From positions 61,444,001-61,508,000 of the forward strand of contig CM059438.1 of assembly GCA_030390025.1 (NCBI GenBank): DNA of 64,000 nt, written 5' to 3'. The notes under the pieces are model-generated. The model saw nothing but the letters and a program-made list of their open reading frames with translations. It was not told the DNA's origin and did no database searches. A program made the translations under genes and the position numbers. This document shows positions 50,737-63,017 of the stretch, in pieces. Each line of letters starts with the position of its first letter. Position 1 is the first letter of the stretch. The DNA is from Squalus acanthias (taxonomy: Eukaryota).

Positions 50737-52050
50737 AGCGAGATCTTGCATTTGTATAACACTGTGTCACCCTAAAACATCCAAAGCGCTTCACAGTAAG
50801 GGGAGAGTCAGGGGAAATGACCAAGCTCATGGTCAAAGAGGTAGATTTTAAGGAGGCTTTTGACACAGGGTGAGGGAGATAGCAAGGCAGGGGGATTTAC
50901 GGAAAGGATTCCAGAATGTGGCTGTAGGCTCAGCCATGAAGGTGCAGCAGGAGATGCGAAGGAGCTCAAGGTTCAGAAGGATGAGGGTGAGCACTGGCAC
51001 ATAGCGTTGCAGGAAGTCACAGAAACAGGTAAAGGCAAAGGCCCTGGAGGGATTTGTCAACCAGCTCAAGGATTTGGAACTCAATGCATGGAGGGACAGG
51101 GAACAATGGGGGTTGTGGAGGACAGGCGGAATGACAGGGCAGCAGGACAAGGTACGAGATGGAATACAGGGTGCAGATTTTTTGATAATTTGCAGGTTAT
51201 ATTGGGCAAGAGACAGGAGGCTTGTGAGGAGACTGTTGGAGAAATGGAGCCTGGAGGTGACAAAGGCGTGAATTAGGGTTGTGTTGAGAATGAGATAAGA
51301 GCAGAGGTGAGGAATGTTGCATAGATGGTAATAGGTGACTTTGGACATTTGAGGGTTGAAGTTCAGGGCTAAACACGACACTAAGGTTGTGCACCGTCAG
51401 GCTCAATCTGAGAGCAGCAGCCAGAGAGGGAGATGGAATTGGGCACTGGGCTTTTATAGTTTTTGGCAGAAGGTGAACAGGACGATTTCAGTCTGGTGAT
51501 TTTAATACCCCAATTTTTAACCCCTCCCGTTGCCCCCCACCCGTGGGCAATGACAACAAGGTGTGCAGGGGGTTAAAATGAAGGTTTCCTTATGGACCTG
51601 GTGGAACAGGAGTGGATTTCAGTGCAGGGGAAGGAGTCACCATCAGTGAGCCAAGTTTTGGTCAACCCCAAGATGTTGACTGCCTCATCCAAGATAAGCT
51701 CATGGACAGTGCGAGTCTTATTCACAAGGGAGAAGATATTATGAAGGGTAAGGTAGAGTGGACAGATAGAAGGAGGTCCATGGATGACATCAGAGGAGGG
51801 GGCGAGGGGAGTGGAGGGGGAGAGAGAGAGAGAGAGAGAGAGACAGGAAGGACCATGAGAGGTTTCTCCGCAAAAAGGATGTCGGCATGAGTTGCACCAG
51901 TAGAGGGGAATGAGGTAGTGTAGGTTGCTGCTGCTTTGGGAAATCAACAGTGGGCACGACAGAGGGCACCTAGAGTACAACAGAGGGAAGCCATGAGCCT
52001 TTCCAGGAGGGAAGCAATTGGACGGTAGCAAGAAAGAAGGTCAGTGGAGT
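50737..52050 (-). mobile_element. Old, internally deleted L2 LINE
   Basis: LIHAFVTSRL (RT C-terminus), LVNK...ILGLTKTWL (endonuclease N-terminus), tail at ~50745. Confidence 0.7.
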
Positions 52051-52443
52051 AATAGAAAGGGCAGTAAGCAGAAGACAGATCTTTATAAAGTGTGTCTGTA
52101 TTCAGGGCTGATCATGTCAGACAAACTGCAGGATACGCTTCAACGAGATAAATTCATGAATGATAAAACATTATTATCCCAACACAATTGGCATTCTTAC
52201 TTCAAATATATAAATGCTATGAATACAGAGCCATCCAACAGTCTCTCAGCCCCATTCATAGCTCATAAATTCTCCTTCTCCACAGTGACTAAAATTAATA
52301 CAAACACATAAAACAGGAATGCTAATTTATAGTACACAAAACTCTCTGACAGACAGCTCACACAAAGGCTGTTTACCAAGAGTTGAAGAACTTCCTTGTC
52401 TGACTCCAACACGGACACATTGAGTTGATTTATTGCAACTTAC

Positions 52444-52680
52444 TTGTGTTTCAAAGACGCAATTGTCAAAGATGGAGTACACCTTCTCCAGAAGAGTAAA
52501 CATTGGCGCATCGTGCAGTCAAAGAAGTGAATTAACTGCTTCTCTGATGTCACTGGGCCCCGCCCCCCCAGTGTTCACCTCTAGAGTCACGGCAGAATCA
52601 AGCTCCCTACAACGTGCCTAAACCTCACCCTCACATGAACAACCCCCCCGCCCCCCCACGGCACCATTTTGTGAGCAGAC
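52444..52680 (-). promoter_or_regulatory. Candidate host promoter / first exon
   Basis: GC boxes, YY1-like aaaatggtg, ATGs at 52511 and 52503, donor CAA|GTAAGT at 52444. Confidence 0.35.
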
Positions 52681-52813
52681 AATCCTGTGGCCTCTCAGAA
52701 AGCCAATAATTTAGAGTCAGTTTCTGCCAAATCATGGCCGGGTTTTATGTTCTTGGCACACATCCAGGAGGAATTGCATAGACGCTGACCAAAACCCATC
52801 TCAGGTAGGGCCT

Positions 52814-52851
52814 GACCTGCTGAGCATTTCCAGCATTTTTCTGTTTTTATT
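52814..52851 (+). mobile_element. 38-bp Penelope-like micro-insertion with 13-bp flanking duplication
   Basis: tcaggtagggcct at 52801-52813 and 52852-52864. Confidence 0.75.
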
Positions 52852-53424
52852 TCAGGTAGGGCCTTAACAGCTAGGGACTGCAGAGCCTTTCATCCCACCA
52901 GTCTGAGTTGGATTCAAACACAAGTCCCAGAAGTATAAGTAAATAAATACAGTGTTCGCTGTCACCAGACCACCCAGTCAGCCAATATCATAAATATTTT
53001 GCCCGTTGACTTGAGTTTCTCAAATGGATTACTCATTTATAATCGTCTTAGTTGAAGCAACGTCCCTCTGTGTACACAGTGTACTCTCTTGACTCCCTGC
53101 CATCCAGTGTCGAAATGCTCAGTTAACCCCTTCAGTTTTACAGGAGGGAAAAGAAACTCAAAACTATGTTACATAGAAAGAAGGAAGTTCTTCAAGCTAT
53201 TAAAAATAATTTATACGTCATGAAGAAACAATCCAGGGAGAGATGACAGTGTTACGATTTGGTGCTGAATGAATTATATAGAATTATGCAATAATTGCTT
53301 ATGGCCTGAATTCCACCACTGAAACAAGGCTTCTCTCGTTCTCCTTTCTTGCACTTGCTGGAATCTTATTGATTAAAGAAGAACATACTCATTTGTTGAT
53401 GTCTCTCTCCCTCTGGTACTGCCA

Positions 53425-54660
53425 AGCTAACATCAGAAGGTTCTAGGTTCCACTCCAGGATTTGATCACGTAATCTAGGCTTAACACTTCAGCGTAGCAA
53501 TGAGGAAGTGCTGCACTATCGCAAGTGTTGTCCTTTAGATGATCTGTAAAACCAAGACCCCACTTGCCTTGGTTCAGGTGGACACTAAAGACCCATGCAC
53601 TATTTGAAGAACAGGGGGGGGGGAAATTCGGTGGCTTTGCGCCTCTCGTTAGAGCCCTAAGAGGGCGCGGTGATGTTTGTGCCGCTCGCAAAATTGACCA
53701 GACTTTTGCGGCAGTGCTAAACACTACCGCCACGATCTCCTGCGCCCACAGATCGTAACATCAGTCGAGCGTGCAACGCCCCGGTAGCAACCCGGACCAG
53801 ATATTGAGTGGCGCCCCCTGCTTTTCCGCCTGCCATTAGCAACGACAGGTTGAGGGGAACATTTTGCAGTCGGGAAGGGACTGGAGGAGCGCTATTTAAA
53901 GGCGGCCGCTTCCTGCCTTTTTTTGTTGCCAACATTTTTGCACCACGCATTCTGAGAGAGAGACAGAGACTTCTGGAGAGATTCAACGCTGTGTGAAGGA
54001 GTTTTGGGTACTGAGCAGCACTTTGCAGGTTCATTTTGATTTGACCTACCTTGCATCGATTTAGAAGAGACTGTGGGGGCTGCACTCTGAGCTCTTTCCC
54101 TGGCTCTCTCCATTGTTCTTTCCAGCAGAATTGATGTACAGGTCTCTCCAGGCTGAGATTCAAGGCTGCAATGAGCAGGGTGTGGATGGAGAGCAAGATC
54201 GACCCTCCCCTTTAAGAACTGGCTGGCGCCAGTGTGTCTATGTTCCATTGCTGACTGACATCACATGAGCTTCGCCAACGCTCTGAGGTAGCGCCTCGCT
54301 CCTCGGCGTTAGCGCCTTAAGAGAGGTGTGTAGCGCCTGATTTAGCACTCCAATCACCTCCAGGGGCGATAGAAGCCAAGTTTGCAGTCGGAGGCGATAA
54401 TTAGCGCCAGGCGCTAAACTTTGCTCACGGCCGATAATTGCGCCCCAAACGGGACGATACCGAATTTCTCCCCCAGGGAGTTTTCCTGGTGTCCTGGCCA
54501 ACATTCCACCATCAACCAGCGTCACCCCCAAAAACAGATTAACTGGTCGTCCAGCTCATTTCTATTCGTGGGACCTTGCTGTGCATAACAGCAATTTACT
54601 TCAAAGTGATTCACTATATGTGACGCACTGAGAGATGTGATGAGGTGCCATCTTTCTTTC
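53425..54660 (+). mobile_element. DeuSINE split by MITE A copy 3
   Basis: gaagaacagg|...|agggagttttcctggtgtcc continuity. Confidence 0.8.
53616..54474 (+). mobile_element. Harbinger MITE family A, copy 3, probable TSD AGG
   Basis: gggggggaaattcgg...ccgaatttctccccc. Confidence 0.9.
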
Positions 54661-54686
54661 TATAGGTTGCCTTGCATGTCCATTAG

Positions 54687-54830
54687 ACATTGAATTGATT
54701 TATTGCAACTTACTTGTGTTTCAATGCATCATGCAAGGTAAAGAAGTGAATTAACTGCTTCTCTGAAGTCACTGGCCCCCCCAGGTTTCACCTCTAGGTT
54801 AGCGGCAGAATCAAGGTCCCTACAATGTGC
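54687..54830. repeat. Local direct duplicate of 52415-52618 with an internal deletion
   Basis: Shared ttgatttattgcaacttacttgtgtttcaa, aaagaagtgaattaactgcttctctga and ggcagaatcaag blocks. Confidence 0.85.
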
Positions 54831-55139
54831 CAATGATTCTCTGAAGCTACTTAGAAGCACATAAAACCAACGGTGTTTTCCTTCTCTATGGGGAAAAACT
54901 TCATTCAGCTCTTCCCAAACAGCCCAGCTAAGATCAGGAACTCACCAACTGGGAGGAGTTGTGAGCATTTATCCTGTGTCATTCACATCACAGCATGCTG
55001 GATGTATTACATAATTTTAAACCTGCACATAGTACAGTGCAGCAGAGGCTCCAATCAGTGGTGTCTTGTTCTTCATGGAGCGCAACTGCCAGAAATCCCA
55101 TTAAGCACAAAAGGTTAGTGAAACGGACATGTTTATTTT

Positions 55140-55425
55140 ACATAGGATTACATAGGATATACGGCACAGAAACAGGCCATTCGGCCCAACCAGTCCATGC
55201 CAGCATTTATGTTCCACTCGAGCCTCCTCCCGTCTTTCCTCATATAAATCTATCAGCATAACCCTCTATTCCCTTCTCCCTCATATGCTTGTCTAGCCTC
55301 CCCTTAAATGCATCTATACTATTCGCTTCAACCACTCCCTGTGGTAACGAGTTCCACATTCTCACCACTCTCTGGGTAGCAAGTTTCTTCTGAATTCCCT
55401 AATTGAATTTCTTGGTGGCTATCTT
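55140..55425 (-). mobile_element. CR1 3' fragment
   Basis: Same family as 11385-11735. Confidence 0.85.
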
Positions 55426-56419
55426 ATAAAGGTAGAGCTGAGTGTGTTGAAACCTGGTCTGTAATCTTATATTGTTCCAGAGCTCACTTAGGGATAGAAT
55501 GCAGTGTTCCAGCAAGACAGCACATACCATTTTTTTTCTATCACATTAGATTGCATGTGAAAGAAAATGGATCTGGGGAAAGATGAACTGCTGATCCACC
55601 CAATATCCTCAGAATGTGCTATAAACAGCACATCTGTGAATCCAGTTCTTATAATTAATTGGACAGTAATAAGGCACAGAAATAAAACTGGAACTAATTT
55701 GCAGATAATGCACTGAAACAATGTAGATTTATCCACTCAAACCACAGTATGTTCAAATATTCCAATTATGATTCACCTTCTAAAGAACCACGTTAGCCAC
55801 ATCACAATATCCTATATGAAATATTCATTTAACAGGAATTAATATTGAATGCACATGGGTAAAAGGTTATCATTCATCGGCGCCTGCTAAGTTTAGAGAC
55901 ATCTGGGTCCTGTATAGTTAGCGTATGTGTCAGTGCCAACTCCGGTAGTCACAATACAATCTACGAGTCTTTAAAATGGCTTAATTGAATATCTGTCTTG
56001 GCAGATGAGCTTGTATTTGACAGTGGAACAAGCTGTGTGTGGGATGGTGAAGTTCTTATGTAAGAGGAGAACAGGTTGTGTCAATATTACAGCCACGATG
56101 CGAGACTGGAATATGATAACATGGTGATCCCAAAGCTGTTATGAATAAAATTCAACAAGCTCTGTTGGCAACATTGGGGATGGCGTGTGAAATCATGCCA
56201 GACTCTGTGGGTTGGTGATATTGAAGCCGGCTAGTGAGATCATGTGTCGGTGATGCCACCGCCTTTAGCTGAGATCATGAGGGGCTGTGTCGGTGATGTC
56301 AGAGCTGGAGGTAAACAGTACAAACACACAAAAAGAAGGGCAAGAAAAGAAGGGCAATCAGCCAGTGCTCACCCTCTCCACCAGACCTGCAATCTCATGC
56401 ACTGCCCTTCTCTACTGCT

Positions 56420-58003
56420 CATAATATTAACTCCCGGGGAGACAAAACAAAAAAGGAACATAGACTCCAATTTCAGGAAAAACTCTGGGGAATTCCTTCC
56501 CGTCTCCATAAGGCAATCAAGCAAGCACCAGGAAACCATGGTTACCTATGACATATCACCAACAACCTTAACTATTCCACATACCATTGTCTTCTTCCAT
56601 CAGGAACTTGTCAAGTCCCTTCCTAAAGGACTGCAGCTTACCAGATCCAGTACTAACCTGCTTCAGCAGCCGACAGCCCTTTGATAAAATAAATACTTCC
56701 TGGCCATTAACCTGAATCTTTTCCAACATGTCTTAACCTATTATCACCATTCATTTTAAGTATCTTTTCCAAATCTACTACATCTGATCCTTCATAATTT
56801 TAACGCCCTCACTCGCATCCCCCTAGACTACATTTCTCTGATAGTCCTAACTCTGTAAGGCTATCCTCATAATGAAGAGATCTAAGTTTAAGGATCATTC
56901 TTGCTGTCCTGTGAACCTTCTCTACAGACTCAATATCCATCACAGCTGTGGGAACTAAAAATTGACACAATACTCCAAGTTCAGGCATACCAAAGACTTA
57001 TACAGAATCATAGAATCAGAGAATTGTACAGAAGGAGGCCATTTGGCCCATCGAGTCTGCGCTGGCTCTTTTGATGAGCAATCCAGTTAGTCCCACTCTG
57101 CATCTCTTTCTCCAAATCCCTGCAATTTTTTCTCTTCAACTATTTATCCAATTCCCTTTTGAAGGCTACTATTGAATTTGTTTCCACCGCCTTATTGGGC
57201 AGTGCATTCCAAATACTAACCACTTGCTGCATTAAAAAGTTTTTTCTCGTGTCGCCTCTGGTTCTTTTGCCAATCACCTTAAATCTGTGCCCTCTGGTTA
57301 TCGACCCTTCAGCCATTGGAAACAGTTTCTCTTTATTTACTCTATTTAAACCATTCATGATTTTAAAAACCTCTATCAAGTCTCTTAGCCTTCTCTGCTC
57401 TAAAGAGAACAACCCCTTCTCCAATCTATCCACATAACTGTAATCCCTCATTCCTGGAACCATTCTAGTAAATCTCCTCTGCACCCTCTCCAAAGCCTTC
57501 ACGTCCTTCCTAAAGTGTAGTGCCCAGAATTGGACACAATACTCCAGCTGGGGCCGAACTAGTGTTTTATAAAGGTTTAGCATAACTTCCTGGCTTTTTT
57601 ACTCTATGCCTCTATTTATAAAGCTCAGGATTTCATCTGCTTTATTAACTGCTTTGTTAACCAATCCTGCCACCTTCAAAGATTTGTGCACAAACACCCC
57701 CAGGTCTCTCTCTTCTTGCACCCCCTTTAAAATTGTACCATTTAGCATGCACTGTCTCTCCTTATTCTTCTTACCAAAATGTATCACCTCACACTTTTCT
57801 GCATTGAATTTCATCTGCCCATTCCACCAGCCTGTATATATTCTCTTGAAGTCTATTATTATCTTCCTCACTGTTTACCACACTTCCAAGTTATGTGTCA
57901 TCTGCAAATTTCAAAACTGTGCTCTGTACCCCCAAGTCCAAGTCATTAACGTATATCAAAAACAGCAGTGGTCCGAGTACTGAACCTTGGTGAACACCAC
58001 TGA
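56420..58003 (-). mobile_element. Old CR1 fragment (56420-57005) adjoining a younger CR1 fragment (57005-58003)
   Basis: ORFs 57140-57583 and 57599-57871; degenerate CR1 motifs upstream. Confidence 0.8.
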
Positions 58004-58211
58004 ATATAACAAATATAGCAGTGAAATATAAAATGATACACTCACTGATTTGGTTTCATAAAGAATATTTTACTGCTATTCCCATACTGCAATTGGTTAA
58101 TCTTGCGATAATTAGACAGCAGCAGGAATTAACTAAGTTTGAAAAATACCCACTGTTGGTACAGCCTGCCTAAACTGAGAATATCATCCACATTTGGAAA
58201 GTACTCATGAA

Positions 58212-58530
58212 AAGAATGAAGAAAGACATGCATTTATATAGCACATTTCATGACCTCAGGCCGTCCCAAAGTGCATTAAAGTAATGAAGTACTTTAGAAG
58301 CGTAGTCACTGTTGTAATGTAAGAAACGCGGCAGCCAATTTGCAAGGTCCCACAAACAGCAATGAGATAATGACCAGATAATCTGTTTTAGTGATGTTGG
58401 TTGAGGGATCAATATTGGTCAGGACACTGGGGAGAACTCCCCTGCTCTTCTTGGAATAGTGCCAAAGAATCTTTTTTACATCCACCTGAGAGGGCAGACG
58501 CGACCTCGGTTGAACGTTTCATTCAAAAGA
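58212..58530 (-). mobile_element. DeuSINE (partial)
   Basis: Core and tail. Confidence 0.85.
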
Positions 58531-58878
58531 GACTCATGACACTGAAATACAAATTAGTCAACCCCCTTCCACACCACATAAGCCTTTGTGTATGTAATGA
58601 TCATAATTTTTTTTAACTTTTTAAAACCCTTAGAGGACCTTCTGCGGCTTTGGACATGCTACAAGTTTGTGAGAGATGTGGTGAGAGAATGAAGTAAGCG
58701 GATAAGTGGTCATATTTCTTTGATTGTTTTTTGGGGGGAGATTTGAGCCAGAAAACCATGACAGATTTTTCTGCTGTGCACATATTTAAATTGTGACGTG
58801 TGCTACATGAAATACTTTTAATTGTGTCAGCCATGGCTCAGTTAGTATGAATCTTGCCTCTGAGTCAGAAGGTCGTGG

Positions 58879-61084
58879 TGAAGGGATAATTACTAGTCCT
58901 AGCCCTTTTCGGGCTACCCCAGATCAGGCGTATTCCCCAGACTTTCACCTTCAACTAAAGTTAAAGATAGCCGAATTCTATAAGACGCTTAATTGGGTCT
59001 AAAGGTCAGACTACCTCTCCCTAAAGGAAAGGAACGACGTGAAGATGTTACCGTCTTCCGGATAGCACTTTTAATAAGTTTAACTAGACTGTAACCTTAC
59101 AGATATTATGAGGGTCCGGAATACCCCCCAGAATTCTGCAACTCCTTTGCGTATACAGAAATTGAGTTTACGAGTTTATGCAGAAATACTCTGTGAGACA
59201 ATTCTAAAAATATATAGATTTATTAAAGAACCGACATTCAGTTAACAGCTGATAAGTCAATCGCGACTTTGATAGTTCAAAATACAAATAGCTTACATTT
59301 TCTTATTCTCAGAGATCCTTATTCTCAAATCTTAACTTTGTTACATTTCCACACTTCTACTTATTTCTTAATCCAGAATATCCACCAAAATCAAATACCT
59401 TGATTACCCGAGACTCAGAGTTGTAAACTTACAGAGCGTGCCTGTGAAGTTGAGAAATGCTTGCCCTTCCAGCGACTTCTGACTTTTCATCTGAAAAGCT
59501 CTTATTTTTATACTCTTTTTTAGTGGTATTTTCTTTGAAGTATTCTGCTGATGTAAGCTAATTGTCTCTAGTGATACTCTATTGAATTGTTTTCTATTCT
59601 TTACTGTCAATTCAACTGTTGCAACCAGACTTGTGTCTCTACCTTTAGGTGTTTCAAAAACTTATCATTTTTATGGTTATTATCGATTTATCTATTTGAT
59701 GCCATTCTTAGGAAGTCTTTCTATTGAATTTCTAATATCACTTAACTACTTGTAAGCCAGATGTCGTGTCTCCTAACTATTCCATTTTCAATACAAACAC
59801 AATGGGCCAGAAATTCGGTTTTCCGGCTTCCTGTGGGTGCAAGCATCGCGCGCGTACTTACCTACCGCGCCTGCCGTTGTGTTTTGGGCCCATGAGAACT
59901 TCGGGTCCTAGGCCTCCTCCAGCTGTCGGCGCGCAGTGCTTGCGTGTCCCAGGGGCGCAGTTAGTTCGAAGCGTCCCCTGGGATCACGTGGGCCATGGAG
60001 AGCCAATCCTAGCAGGGCATTTTCATTCATAGATTTGACAGGAAGACCTGTCAAATCTATGAATTGAAATCGGCCCCAAAACCACACTTAAACTTCAAAT
60101 ATCACATTTTTAAAATAACTATAAGTTAAATAAATTTTTGAAAAAATTAATTATACTTTTTAACGGTGCTAAAAATAAACTTACCTTTCTTAAAGTATCT
60201 AAAAAAGATAAACCTGTTGAAAAAAAAATTAAATTGTAATTAATTAACCGCTTACCTTGTTAAAAACGGGTCTTGCGCCTCCTTTTTAAAAGCGCAGCTT
60301 CTTCAATACTTACCTTCCCGAAGAAACCTGAAAAAAAAATGAAGTTCACTGAGTGCGCGCAGCCTCTCCCGTGCACGCGGTTCACCTCTGAACCCCTCCC
60401 TTCACAAGACCGGAAGTTCCGGTTTCCCGCGCATGCGCAGTGCGTGCAGGAAACCGGCACTTCAAGTGGCCTTACGGGTGAGTACACACCGCGTACTCAC
60501 CCGACAAGCGCCGAATTTCTGGGCCAATGTAATTGCTTGGTGTCATCTATTGATATTATATTTTCAAAGCCTTCCTATTTGTACCTTTTACAACTTGTAA
60601 ACACTTCATCTAGGGTGTTCCATGCATTTCTTATTTACTTCAATTGGTTGTATTAAGAATCATGTCTCCTGTTTCTAAGTTTAACATAAAACTATTTTAC
60701 GGCAGGTATTTCTTTTACTTGATGTCATTTTTTCAAAGGCACTTGGTTTTTTTAATGTTCCGTGCACCTGTTTGACGTGTTAGATTTTGACACTTTACTT
60801 GGGTCATTCCATTGTGTTGGTTCCAATGTTCAGACATAGAGGAACCTCCAGCCTACTGTTTCAATAGGGCCATGTCTTTGTATTTACAAACATTTCCCAT
60901 TTCAAAGCTTGTGATGTTTACAACTTTGTTAACAACTGATCCTTATCTCAGAAGCCTGTATTTCTGTTTTACGGCTTGTGTCACTGAGGCTTTTAGATTT
61001 TTAACCCCAGTTTGTCATGTTTTAATATTATCAAATCTGTTTATAGGATGATGTATTCCTTGGAATATGGCTATTTCCTTCACA
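58879..61084 (-). mobile_element. Probable solo LTR (~1.48 kb excluding nested MITE), 4-bp TSD GTGG
   Basis: TG...CA ends with short IR (tgaagg/ccttca); minus-strand TATAAAA ~59512-59506 then AATAAA ~59225-59220. Confidence 0.65.
59804..60525 (-). mobile_element. Harbinger MITE family B, copy 2, TSD AAT
   Basis: aat|gggccagaaattcgg...ccgaatttctgggcc|aat. Confidence 0.9.
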
Positions 61085-62284
61085 GTGGGTTCCCTCCACT
61101 CCAGAGAATTGTGCACAAAACCTAGGCTGACACTCCAGTGCAGTGCTGAGGGAGCGCTGCACTGTTGGAGGTGCCGTATTTTGGATGAGGCATTAAACCA
61201 AGGCCCCATCAGCCCTCTCAAGTGGACATAAAAGATCCCACGGCACTATTCGAAGAAGAGCAGGGGAGCTCTCCCCGGTGTCCTGGCCAATATTCATCCC
61301 TCAACTAACATCATTAAAACTGATTATCTGGGCATTATCACATTGCTGTTTGTGGGTCCTTGCTGTGCACAAATTGGCTGCCACGTTTCCTACATTACAA
61401 CAGTGACTACACTTCAAAATCACTTCATTGGCTGTAAAGTGCTTTGGGACATCGTGAGGTCGTGTAAGGCGCTATAGAAATGCAAGACTTTCTTTCTATA
61501 TTACCTGCAGATCATCCGTGGCATTGCTCATATGAATTGAAGGATGCTTTGTTTTACAGTATGTGTATTTTTGCCATGTAGGATTATAGCAAAAATGCCA
61601 CTGCTTTATGGGGACTGAATGAGTCAAATTCTGTATTAATTACATGTTATTCTCGGATTTTTACTGCCACTTTAGTGATAGAGTTCCACAACTCTGTCAT
61701 TATTCTGTGAAAACTGTAATTGAATGGCCTTTATTTTAGATAGCTATATATATATAAAATTGCCTATGTATTTAATTTTATCCCTTATCATTTTTAAGGA
61801 TGACGATATGCACCAAGATTGTATGCAAGATATACCAGTTGGAGGTAGGTATTTGGAATTAACAGTGCTGAGGGAGGGAGAGGATTTCAATGCTCTGGTA
61901 AGAGGATGGGTGATCCTTGTCTTTAGTGGACTTTAGAACTTTAGGGGTTCTAAGATTCATCAACACTGCAATGGGGCTGGTTGAGGTTTAGCACCATGGA
62001 GGCTCTTCTCATCTGGGATCACTGTGGAGAGGTTACAATCTGGAGGAGGGCGTAGACGGAAACTAAATTCGCAAATTGTGCAGTAGAATCAGGACCTTAG
62101 AAAAGGGAAATGGATCTGGCGAGATTGGGAAGTGTGTGAGGGGGTCAGAGAGGAATAGTTCAATAAAACATTCACAAAGCATGTTTCTCTGACATGGCCA
62201 TGAATCAGCTTGCTCTGAAAAAGTCTAATCTTTTCATCACCTTGCAAGAAGACTCTGAGTTTGTGAACACTGTGCCCATCATGA

Positions 62285-62485
62285 AATGTGCTGCCTGATA
62301 GGGGAGTGGAAGCAGATTCAATAGTAACTTTCAAAAGGGGACTGGATAAATACTTGAAAAGGAAAATCTGCAGGGCTATGGGGAAAGAGCGGGGGAGTGG
62401 GACTAATTGGATCGCTCTTCCAAAGAACCGACACAGGCACGACGGGAAGAAGGGCCTCGTTCTGTGCAGCATGATTCTATGATCT
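62285..62485 (+). mobile_element. CR1 3' end fragment
   Basis: FKRGLDKYL; (atgattct) tail. Confidence 0.8.
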
Positions 62486-63017
62486 TACAAACCTGAAAGG
62501 TAAACAGGAAGAGCTTTCATGGTCTCAAGAAGAGCACTACGGTGAGCTAATATTAAGGAAAGCTTCAAGAGCAAATATGAAGAAGATGACCATATATGGC
62601 TAACTAATAGAACTGTCCGCTGCCTGTTACCACAGTGACATTATCCTAGATGTGCAGCTGACGTTCTGCTATAATGTAAACACACAGATATAAACTGTAT
62701 TTTGCTTTCAGTTGCAAGGCTGTACAACCCAAAATAATACACTGACTTCCTAACTGAAACAGGGATGACTGTAACTATGAAAAGGAGACCCAAATATGGT
62801 TCTCAGAGAGCAGTGGGAGACATTTCACAATTAGCAAGTCTCCCGGTGAGGCACTATTCTGACATAGGACAGGAATGACACTGATGGAAAGCAATTAAAA
62901 GTGGCCACGTGTTACCCAGATTTTAATCAGAGTACAACAGCAGAAACCCCACAAGAGCAATCCGTGAGTCTCAATTACAGCTATTATATTCATTCGAGGC
63001 TAAATTCTCCCACAATA

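Larger units (their letters stand above)
58823..61497 (+). mobile_element. DeuSINE split into 58823-58878 and 61085-61497 by an LTR-like insert
   Basis: gaaggtcgtgg|...|gtgggttccctccactccagaga continuity. Confidence 0.85.
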
